A program made the translations under genes and the position numbers. Shown here in pieces: positions 50,114 through 61,676 of a stretch of DNA of 64,000 nt. Position 1 is the stretch's first letter; every line of letters starts with the position of its first letter. The notes beneath the pieces were generated by a model. That model had not been told where the DNA came from, did not search any database, and saw only the letters and a list, made by a program, of their open reading frames with translations. Where the stretch lies: the NCBI GenBank assembly GCA_030141605.1, contig JAQGDQ010000345.1:62001-126000 (forward strand), given 5' to 3'. This DNA is from Tubiluchus corallicola. Lineage: Eukaryota; Animalia; Priapulida.

Positions 50114-53100
50114 ATGGCCTCCTCAAACAAACTTAGTGTGCAAGATCGTAAGGACTTGGACAAATTTACAAAACTTTTAACTTTGAAAGCAATACAAGTT
50201 ATTGTACAAGCCAGATTGGGGGAAAAAATTCGAACAAAGTCAAAAACTTTTTCATCAGGTGCTGACTGGGTAAGAAGCTAGTTTACATTTATTTGCAATG
50301 TTTGTGTTTTAGTCCGAAGTTTGGAAATAATCAGTTTTTTAGAATGATTCCATATAAATATAATATGTATAAATCATTTCTTTTATACCCAACATTATTT
50401 TCCTTAGTAAATAAACAGAATTATGTTACTAGTTTGGTGAAATATCTGTTTTACAAATACAATGGTTTACGTTACTGAATAAATAAAATGACACGTGATA
50501 TTAGTTATACTGAGATTATAATTATCAACCTTTTTCAATGCTACAATATCATGTTTGTTTTGCAGTACAATTTAGTGATCACAGACATGCCGGAAGTTCT
50601 TTCAGAATCGAAGAAAGCATTAGGTGGAAAGCTACCCAGTTTGGGAAATCCATTGTGCATTGAAATTTCTCTGCGAACTGTAGAAGGTGATATTATGGTT
50701 CTGGAAAACTGGTGCCTTGGTATGACAGAAGAGCGAGACCCAAATGCAAGGATCACTTATGCAGTATACAATAGAATGGGTCTTCTTTTAAAGTCTGTTT
50801 TTGCAGTGAGTCGTGTTACTCCTGCTTACAAGTTGTCTCGACAGCAAGGAATTGATTCTTATGTAATTTGCTATCGACTATACTTTGGCGATCCAAACCT
50901 TCGTGTATTGGGTGAAGCTTTTCAAGTGAAAAAGATCGGTGCTGTTGGCACACCGGTTGGTACATTTATCTTTACTTTGGCGTATCGCACCAAGATGACT
51001 CTGACACCACAAAAGTGTGATAAAGAAATGATGTTAGTAAAAGACGATCATTTTAGACCTGATTGTAGTCCTAAACGATCACCACGACCATGCCAGATGG
51101 GTTTCCACACCGAGTCAAGGTATTCAGTTTTATATAAGGCCAGCTGTCATTGTTGTTTAGCTGTTAGCAGTGCCGTTAAAAGTTTAAGCTATCCCCCAGA
51201 ACAATCCCATTACATTGTGAGATTGATTTCTACATCCCATTTGAACTGATTTCTACTAAGGAAAAATGCTTACAGTCGTTTTATAATGCATTATTTTAGG
51301 ACCTTATTTTTTATCTATTAACATAGGAGTAACATAAAGAAAGTTAAAGAATCAATAACAACACCGAAATTGTCTGCATCAGTATTTGCTGCATTACTCT
51401 TTTGTTCTAGGGGTAATGTTGCGGATGAAATAGCTGAAGCGCTTAGTCAATGTGAGGATTGCAACACGCTATTCTCTACCTCACCAAACACTGAGATTGG
51501 CACACAGCATCAACAAGGGCAACAGTTACCTGTAGAGCGGAAAAAGTCTTTGGGAAATGGGTGAATATTTTTCAGCGTCTTTTTAATATTTCTGCAGTAT
51601 TTATGCAAAATCATTTTTGTATCAAACTGATTTTGATTCATAAAGAAAATTTGACAATTATAATTTAAAGGAAAACCGGATGATTGTGTAGACATTTAGT
51701 TCAAAATAAAGTATGTGCTAAAATATTGAAAACCTCAACATCTTTTTCTGAACCAAAGCTTTGGTTAAATAATAATTACCTTAGATAGTTAGATTTTGTT
51801 AAACTTTCAAAGCTACGCTAATCCACTAAGACTGGCAAGGTGCCTTTTAGTCACATTCGTGTGGCCAACAAATAAAATAGGCACGATACTACAATAAGAA
51901 TGTTCATGAACTGCAGCATTCGTCTGTGATGCCAATGTGATTTATTTGTCACATCACTTCCTACCATTGCACAAACTGTGGTTACTTTGTGACATAAGCG
52001 ATAGGTGTATTCGGTTGCCATTGATTAACTTTCCAAGGTATTTACTCAGATATTAGAAACAACTGGTAACTTTTATAGGCATATACATTCTGGACAGTAT
52101 ATTAAAACGAGATTGTGTCTAATCAGTCGTCCGGTTTTCCTTTACACACAATATTTTTTGTTTTGTTATTTAATATTGTGTTTGTCATTGATTTTGGTAT
52201 TCAAGTTCAATCATTTTTATTTACCATAACAAAAATGCATGTTTGATACCATCCCTGTTGATTGTGACTATTCTAAGCTTTTGAGTTTTATATATTCCTT
52301 ATTTTTGGCACCTACTAATGAAACACATATTATAAGAATTTTACTGCAAGTTTATTTTTTGATACATTTGTAGTACTATGGAGAAACAGCATAGCTTCAG
52401 TAAATTACGGAAGGTTGGAGCATTTGCCACTCAAACTCTTGTTCATCCAGACATATCAGAGTACATACTACCTGAGTCGCCACTCACAAATTTACTACAA
52501 AATGGTAATGTCACCAAAATGGAAGTAAAATACGAGACAGGTAAAAACAAAGAAGAAAATCATCATTTTATCTTGTTTATGCTGAGAGGGTATTATGTCT
52601 ATTTATTTATTTATTTATTTATTTCAGTATATTTGATTATTGTTTGTACTGATTTGGGAATAAGGCTGGTTTCAGTGTCACCTGACATAATTATAAAAAA
52701 AACATTTGACTAGTTTTACTGAACGTCAGTTTTAATAAGCTTTGAATACATTTTAACAGCAGTATTTTAATGTAATGCAAGTGGCTGCCTCTAGGATCAT
52801 TTGTGTGTGGTAAAAGAGATAAAGTTGAGTGAATTCTGGGGTATTTAACTAATTTCAAAATAAGAATAAACTCTGTAGCATCCCATCTTACTACTGTAAT
52901 TTAAATAGCTCATACCAACTTATTTATGATTTCACTTTTTCACGATCCCAAAGTGCATCAGTAGCTGACAAAAATAAGTGTAGTTAAGTTTCATGTTTAA
53001 TAAATGATATCAAACTTAAATGAACAAATGTCTTTCATTTTAAGTATGTGTGCTTTATGTATTAGCACGTATTAGTGCTTTATGCAAATCTTAACGTTTT

Positions 53101-54364
53101 TTGGTTGCTAAAATCTTCGTGGACAAGAAAAACCATTATTACGTCTCTTAAGTTGTAAAAATGTAACATGTTTGTGCTTATATTGTGTACATGTTCAATA
53201 TTCAATTGCTGAGCAAGTATGATTTTCTTAATTGTTTACAGTAGCTGTGCCATTATTTTTTTGGTATAAAATTGAAAATAGTTTTTCCAACCTTATTTTC
53301 AATGTATTTGAATTTGTTGAAAAGCCAACCCTGGTTGCAGTCTATTTTAGTTTGTTGCTAGAGCCATGTCTGACTATCTATTACATCCTCTAAGTGAAAT
53401 ACTCTGTATTACATTTGCTGACAGTTGCAGTTCAGTGACGTTTATGATTTTTAGAAATCCACTTAATACTGAAGCATCTTTCAGGCACCAAGAACCTTAA
53501 AAACACTGATCGTCTTGATGATAACTGTAACCTTGATGATACGCACTCAGACAAGTCAACAGACAGCCGACATTCTTTGCCTGATGATTTCGTCATGGTA
53601 GATTTGGTAAATAAGTCCTAAAAGTTTTCGTTAGTCAACATGTCATTGAGATAGTGATGTGAATATGGTTGTAAATGTTTTACTTCATTTTTCTGTATCA
53701 AAGTTTGGTTACTGGGCTTTTAAACAGTCGCCCAACATGTATGTGCAGTTGCCACATAAAGAATTGGTAAGCTCTTACACCGAACTGAATTGCTAAGACA
53801 ATAAGGCTTATTAAAAAATTTCTTCTGGATTCATATTTGTAATGAATAAGGCAGTTGGATTCTCCCGACATTTTGTCAAGTTGAAGCTGTGCTCTGAGGA
53901 AATTTAAAAAGATATGTTAGCAGGAGAGTAGGACATTTTAACTTACCTTGTGTGAAGCCATATATGCAGTGGTGCAGCTAGTTCACTACCTCCAAAACAC
54001 TTGGCATTGATGGGAAAAATCCTCCATGTAAAATGCTTAAAGTAGCGTTTACCGTCCTGGGTTGTGTACTGCAAATAATTACAAAACTATTGTAATAAGA
54101 TAAATAATAGCCAAATCTTCGTTTTGTAATTTTGTGGTGCATTTTTTTCAGAAAGCACCATTCTCAGTACCAGATGCCCAGAATGAATTAACAGCATTTA
54201 TTCGTGAGTGTCAGGTGGCTCCAACATTACCATCATTAAACAGTCCAGAAATGTGTCCCGAGATGGACGATATTGTGAATCAGCTAGACACATACGAAAT
54301 GAATGCAGATGCCTTTGATGAATTTGTTAATAATTTAGCACAAGTTGAAGGTCCTTCATCGTAG
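50114..54364 (+). CDS. ATG13: Autophagy-related protein 13
   Basis: Exons 50114-50269, 50566-51119, 51411-51560, 52374-52540, 53455(or 53485)-53606, 54152-54364. HORMA domain QDRKDLDKF...[10 protein letters not shown]...[19 protein letters not shown]...[14 protein letters not shown] motif DDFVMV and C-terminal FDEFV. Confidence 0.94.
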
Positions 54365-55312
54365 GTTTTTCTAATACTGTTATGTATATTTTGTACATAT
54401 ACTTACGCTACAATAGTGCAAAATCTTTGATCACATATTTTATGTTTAAATTTTACAAATGGGCAAGCATTTTCTGCTAACTAGTACATTATATATACGG
54501 TTGCTTATTTATTCCATGTTTAAAATTACAATTCGGCAGGCATTTTCTACTAACTAGTGCGCTGTGTATACTGTTGCTTATTTACAGTTTGCAAGGTATT
54601 GCGCGTCTAAAAATGAAGTATAGCCGTTGACGAACGTTAAAAGTGAAGGAATGACTCCACAGTTAGTTAATTTTCAAACCAAACATGACCGACAGGAGGG
54701 AATTGCAAAAAAGCTGTAACTGAGCCGTGATATGAACTAGAAGTGTTTAATTCATTGTTGAGCTATTACAATCGAATTATATATAAGTTGAGTATAAGTC
54801 ACTGTGTGGTCTAGTGGTCATCAAAAATTTTGATCCAAAGTTCAGTTTGTGATTCAAGTTCTGTGATTCAATTTCAGATACAGATGCATTGTTTTTTTAT
54901 ATTTTTCCCCATTCAATTGATAATTAAAATGTTCTTATATTAACAAAATGATTCCTGTTATAAACTGCATTGTGTTCCTATTGAAAAAGTAAATTTAGTT
55001 AGATTTGAAGTTACAAAAAGTAAATGGCGATTTTGTAAAAAGGAATAGAAAACCATCTAGCGGCTTGTTTTTTATAAGTTAAGCTACAGTTAAGCCTCAT
55101 CTCAACGGCAGTCTGAAACAACTCTAAATACGACCTGTTGAAAATGCATTATTTTCATATTAGATAGCTTTGTGGCATCATTGTTCATTGAAAATGGGTT
55201 AAATGACAGTGACTTGAGACTGTTTCATAGATTACACAAAGGTGTGTAGCTCACCTCAAACTTTTTGACAAAAATTAACATACCTAATTTACAGAGAACT
55301 TTGGGTTTTTCC

Positions 55313-55506
55313 TTAAGAGGAATATCACGAAAATCAAGTTGAACTTATTTTATAACTGACTTACCCGACAGCAATTCGGCAAAAAAATTTTAGCACAGCA
55401 TTACCTAATTACATAATTTTATGCAAACTTTGTGAATAAAAGCATTATGTCACATTCGCACCTTTATGTTCGACTTGATCTTGGTAATATTCTATTCCAC
55501 CTTTAA
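55313..55506. mobile_element. Kolobok-like MITE remnant
   Basis: TTAA at both ends and an imperfect inverted repeat GAATATCACGAAAATCAAGTTGAAC / GTTCGACTTGATCTTGGTAATATTC. Confidence 0.4.
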
Positions 55507-56757
55507 ATGTACACTTGTGAGAATAAGAATTGTTTTATTTCGTACATATGGTTAGTGTCAGTAATACATACAGATATAACAATATTATGTCAAATGCGAG
55601 AGCAACATACGACCATACAGTCCTGTTCTTGTTGAAAAGCAGCAGGCACTAAAATTAATGGTAAATATTACGGGCTTCCTTCCTTAAATGTGGTTTATGG
55701 ATCATGTGGATAAACAGAACTTGCGTCGTGATTATATGCTTTACAGCGCAGTCTGTATTAAAGACAACTGGTAGAATGTTACATAGATGTACACTGCACA
55801 CCGTAAATGTGTGATGTCTTGATGTTTACAAATACCATCTCTTGATGGATTTGCAAACTCTAAGCATAAACTATATATATTCCAGTTACATGATGAATTG
55901 CTAAATCTTGTTTAATGCTTTTAAGCTAAGAGAACAATAATTTCACTGAAACTTTCTTTACTGCCATACATTATTAGATTTGGATGATGATAAATAATTT
56001 TTTTATTGTATAGGCCTATTAGTTGTCAAGCAGAACAACTAATAACAGTCGTTTTGTTTTATTGGTAAAACATTACTTTACTTTAGTAGATTAACTACTT
56101 TCTAATTGATATGTGAAGATGCTCTATTATCAATGAGATTAAAAATCCTTGAGTTCGTGTAGGGTCGACTATAATAGCATATTGCAACACATCAAATGGC
56201 CTACTTAGCAGTGCTTCATTATTTATTTTAGGTGAAATGTGCATTGTGCAATTTTAAGCATATCAGGTTTTGGTAAATGACCGAGTTCGGCAATAAAATA
56301 CATGCAAAACCTGTAAATTTTGTAAAGTAGTTTTATTAACAATACTATTTACAAAAATAATGTAACAGTATTTAGGACAATAGTAATAACACATGAGCGG
56401 TCACGTTTTTGACTGCAGACCACTGTACATTTAGTTTCAACTATCCAGATTGGAGCTAGTTGACTGCTAGTTATCAGCCTAGCCAAGTGCTGAAGACAAA
56501 ACAGAAAGCATGTCTCATAGACAGAGATACAAACTACGGATATGCTTTTCAAAGTTACTTTGACTTTTTCTATTCTCTTCTAGCATGTGAAGCTTCTACG
56601 TGCAACATATTGTTCTTCTACATGTTGCTACACTCACAAATAACAAGATAGCACTGATCTTCCAAAAAGCTCCACAAAGTTCTGATTTTCTTGATGAATC
56701 GTATAGGAAATGTATATATGAAAGTGAAATCAATGCTCGAAATGTTTTTCATTCCTG

Positions 56758-57707
56758 CTATGAACTACTTTTCTTTCTCCCAAATGGATCCTCCCAAACT
56801 TTCATTCCTGAAATCCAATGTTTTAAACTCTTAAGATACATGGGTAATACTAAGAGTATATTGTTATGATAAGCTACAACGAAAACTAAAGTGATTTTTG
56901 AACAGTATTATTGCTACTAGTAGTGGCGTGCATACATTTATTGATGATACAATGAATTGAGATCGGTAAATGGACATATAGATGTAAAATGAATTTGCAG
57001 TGCTGTAGGACTGTTTACATGAACATCACATACTGTGTAATAAGTCCTTTATTGCTCATTCGTAATTATACTTGGTAGCATTTAAATATGTACCGTCAAC
57101 ATGTACATTAGGCTTGACATCAGAACCACTTCCAAGATTGGCACAATCACACTGTGCGCCTACAACATTTACTTTTAATTCTTTATTTTACTTTAGCTTT
57201 TATGCATTTATACTGCAAAAGCCCTACCTCCTGGCTGGGTCTCCTCTTTAGACTTTCCTTCACGTACAGTTTTCTGGATTTCATCTAAAATTATGCAGAT
57301 TATGTATAAATAGAGAAAAAACAAATCAGCAATTCATTCGAGCATAAAGTCACCTTTCACATTTGACTGAGTGACACTGACATGAAGCATGAAGAAATCA
57401 GATTTGGCTTCATCAATAAAAAAACAATGGCTTTAGATTGTGGCTTCGAACCATAATAAGTGTACATACGTGTGGCTTATGTACATATACGGTTGAAAGA
57501 CAAAAGCTAAAAAAAGTTTCAGTAAAAGCTAAAATGGAAGCGCGATAATTATTATCTACTTATTCAAAAATCAAGTATTTGTATATACTCACTCCATTTG
57601 TCGGGATGTAACTTAGGATCAATGATAACGGCATATACAGTTATCCCAATTGCACCAACCAAAGTACCAACAAAGGCTGCATATCTCAGCCCTTTTGACA
57701 TTGGCAT
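56758..57707 (-). CDS. SMIM20: Small integral membrane protein 20 (MITRAC7 / phoenixin precursor)
   Basis: Exons 57707-57593, 57284-57228, 56807-56758 total 222 nt. Product: MPMSKGLRYAAFVGTLVGAIGITVYAVIIDPKLHPDKWNEIQKTVREGKSKEETQPGGMKVWEDPFGRKKSSS*. Missed by the ORF track. Confidence 0.9.
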
Positions 57708-58668
57708 TTTAAACTAGAATAAGAAATAGCATTTAGAATGAACCAAACAACTGGTTCCTATCAAGCACACACAAAACAGGAACATTTAAGCATATATGTA
57801 CAGAGTGTTCCAAAAAAAAACATTGCACTGAGAATACTACAATCATACTAATATTACACAATATAAAATCCAATAAGTTCATACTTACATTGGAATGTAC
57901 AATATTAAATCGAGTTATAATCTAGTATAATATTCTACTACAGTCACTTACCACTTAACAACATTTCATTGTGATTTGATAATTTTCATTAGTGGCATAT
58001 TTTAGTATAACTTTACTAGCTTATTTCTTTTGGAACATTTTGAATCCGAATGATGCACCTTTGGGCTTTGCAAATTTTTTGATCACACTGTTATCAAGTT
58101 TTAGTTCATTGACAGAAGAAAGCAGATTAGAAACAAATGAACTGGCCAGGTAAAGAACTTTGCTGAAACTCAAAAAAATGCATCATTACAGTACTTAATA
58201 AAAAACCCAAATATCATGTCAAATTTATTTTTATAAAACTTTTACGAGAACAGATGTAATAGATATACGCCTCAGTTCAAGATATTGTCATAATATGCGA
58301 TTACACTGGCTAATGATCAACATCAAAATTCTGCACAATGGATGCCATTAAAACTACAAGAACAAATATTTTATTAGTGCTATTCCACAGTGTCGATGCC
58401 AATGGTGTCATAATTGATACTACACATAAATGATAATGGTATTATAATGGATAATGACAATAGGAACCACTTTTGGAATATGAGTTGCGTTTGCAGTCCA
58501 CGAAGAGCTAAGTTTAAAAGAATAAAGATGAATGGCAGTGCTAACTAAAACAAACACTTTGAACATTTCTAACACAATTTTAACCATGAATATACACTTC
58601 AACAAGATCCAAGTACAGCTTTAATATTCTTGACGAAAAACAAACGCACACTACGGTGTAGTTACTTT

Positions 58669-59644
58669 TGTTGGGAGCCGTTTGGACCACTGCGCCAAGT
58701 AGACCACTTGATGCGCTAAAAGTAGTGTCCTACATGGGCAGCCCAAGTAGGACACTAGCGATTTTTGTCGAGAAACTTGCTCTGGCAAAACTTGTTTCCA
58801 GTTTATATTACCATTGTTTATAAGTATTGTTATGACATAATAAAGCATAAAACAAAATTTCTTTTAGAAATGGATATTCCTTGGCAATTTACAAATGCAT
58901 TTCTTACAATAATTTCATCATTATGATTAACTCCATTAATATATCATAACATTAAAACTAGTATCTAATGCTTTAAAGAGAGAAATTCTGCACACAGTTA
59001 TTACAGAAATTTTATTGCAAATTTAAAAATGAGACAGATGATGCTAAGCCTTCACAACACCAAAAAGTAATTTTTAACATTTAAGAAAAGCAAGGATAAT
59101 TAGTTTTAATGTTATCAGTAGTATTGTAACATGTAGGGCACTGTCCTACATTGCTCGCTAGCCCATGTAGGACACATAGATCGCTAGAACGTTTACTTAT
59201 AAGAAAACAGTTATTTGCCCAAGAGGTAGTGAAACGGATCACCTGTTTGTGAAGTGAGACAAAATCAAAAATGATATACCTTAAACAAATGTTGAATTCG
59301 CAAAAAAGTGGGGTTTTTTCACTTCAACAACATTAATATCGAAACCAAATTTAATATTGTCCCTTCTACCAGCTCAGAATAAAATTCTTTTATTTTATTA
59401 GATGTATAATAAATTATTCAACGTGTATTAACGTTTTTAATTATTATTATTACATAAACAAGCACAACGGACGGTGTCAGTACACTTAACGACTGAATTC
59501 ACGACCTGTCTCTAGTGTCCTACTTGGGCAGCCCAAGTAGACCGCGGTCTACTTGGGCTAGCCCATGTAAACCGCGGTCTACTTGGGCTAGCCCAAGTAG
59601 ACCAATTGGTCTACTTGGCGCAGTGGTCCAAACGGCTCCCAACA
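58669..59644. mobile_element. Non-autonomous TIR element (TGT...ACA ends, 5-bp TSD), copy B
   Basis: Perfect 38-bp TIR TGTTGGGAGCCGTTTGGACCACTGCGCCAAGTAGACCA and TSD ACTTT (58664-58668, 59645-59649). Palindromic subterminal repeats at 59517-59615. Confidence 0.92.
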
Positions 59645-59944
59645 ACTTTATTTTATTGCTATAGTGTTACACCAAGGTAAAGGAAAAACCACATGTCCTG
59701 CTGTTTTCAGCAATGGCTGTCTCTAAGGCAAGGTTTCCCGTATTGCTTGGGTAAACTATTTGACAGTAGACGACGACGTAGCCGAGTTTTTTGGTGACGT
59801 TAAGGGTTGTTAATATTTTAAGATTTCTTGATGTATTTAAAAATAATCACTGCATTAACAAAACATTTTTAGGGAACTACAGGTAGCCACTCGTGTTATA
59901 TAGGGTTATATTATACTTATTATATTATCCACTCGTATTATATA

Positions 59945-60085
59945 GGGTTGGATTTTAAAAAACGTTTAAACTTAAGTCCACTCGGGCTGAACGGATCGTG
60001 GGACTTCATTGGATGGTGTATTAAGAATATCATCCAATGAAGTGCCAGCCCGAGTGAACTTTTAACGTTTTTTAAAATTCAACCC
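59945..60085. repeat. About 140-bp imperfect foldback (hairpin or small MITE)
   Basis: Three nested stems: GGGTTGGATTTTAAAAAACGTT/AACGTTTTTTAAAATTCAACCC, CACTCGGGCTG/CAGCCCGAGTG and ACTTCATTGGATG/CATCCAATGAAGT. Confidence 0.85.
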
Positions 60086-61676
60086 CTCTGCAACACCATT
60101 TCAGTCTATCATAAATCAACACATCTGATCTGTTTGCTATACCACCACCGACTTTGGTTCCTCACCATCTGCACTTCCATTTGAGAGACAGCTTTAGAGA
60201 GACAACATAAATATAAAATATGAGAGAAAAAACTTGTGATAGAACAATTAACAGAGGTTTATCAAGAGAGACAACTATGGGCAAAAGGCTTATAGGCTTC
60301 GTCCTGTCGATCTACAGTAATATACAGTTTTGCGAGGTTATAATTTCGTGTTACTTGAAAATTTAAGTGCAGTGAGCATAATAATGGGTAGCACTAAGAC
60401 TAGTTATCGGTTGTGCACTGCATATTCAGGGTATTTTCTCTAGGCCTAAGAATTGTAGGATTATGAGCATAACATGCTGTCATGAATTCATGATCATGAT
60501 GTACCTATTAGTGCTTGGCTGGAATGACCGCACAGGAATACCTCAATATTAACATGCTCACTTCTCTGTCTAAGATTGTAATTTTAATCCCAAGATTTTC
60601 CCCCTCCCCCATTGTGGTGCCGTGCACATTAGCACTGAAGCTATTGTTTACAAACATTTTAGCTCTCATAGCTAACATAGTAGTGTTTCTTTTAAACAGC
60701 ATTTTACAATCACATCTGAAGAATTTTCTGCAGCTGATACTCAAACCAAAGACCTGCTTTCTGGGCAACTATGCAGATCATTACACATTACACCAAAGAA
60801 ACATTCCTCTTTTCTGATTCAGAAATTTTGCTAGAGGTTTATCAATGGGTTTCATAGTCCACACTGTTTGATATATGTAGGCGCCGTTTATTGGACTCAG
60901 GGTTAATAGAATCAATCGCCTAGTTGACTCAAAAACACCCGGTACAGGCCGCTTATATTCAAATGTATATAAAAAATTGTTGCTAATCAACTCAAATAAG
61001 TCTGTATAATAACAGTTGACTAAATATTTTTACTTCAGGTGTTTTAATAAGACATTTTTATTTGACCAATAAGCTTTTATATTTATGACATCTTAGGCCG
61101 CTTTTGTGCTCTAATATTCCTAGAAATAATAATGTTAAGCACAGTTTTGTTTGTAAGCTGATACTTCTATACTATTAATATTTCATATGTCAGTTAATAG
61201 ATTCAGTCAGTTAGTTGGGTCAAAACACTTTTGTCCCAAAGTGTTTCTATTAAGCGTCGCCTACTGTAGTACTGAAAACAATTATATCAGACTAAACTTT
61301 CAACTGCATCAGTCAGTCCATGCTAACAGTGTACTTTATTAGACTTTGAAAAACGTAATCGCTAAGAAACCTTGTCAAAAGCTGTTGCATGTATATATTT
61401 TGGTGTGTGTGAGTGTGTGTGTATGTTTATGTGCATAAGTGCATTTGTGCTGAAGTCATGACAGAAAGCCATGCAATCAATGGCAAACACTCACATAGCC
61501 CTATTCACTCATTTCCATGTGTATTCGTTTACCAGATATTCCATCATATGTTACTAGTAGAGCACACCATTTGGTTTGAGCTACACTTTAAAAACTCAAA
61601 AATTTCAAATCGAAATCTTCATCATGAACTTTAACATTGCAGTATAATAGAAATCAGATACACGTACGCTAAAGAT

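Noticed and set aside
54462-54583. Two ~50-bp direct repeats in the ATG13 3' UTR (similar duplication at 30742-30806)
   Set aside because: Simple local duplications with no snoRNA boxes, SECIS or other recognisable structure.
60508-60990. Overlapping short ORFs between SMIM20 and UNC50
   Set aside because: No convincing motifs and interrupted by stops. Possibly a very old LINE remnant.
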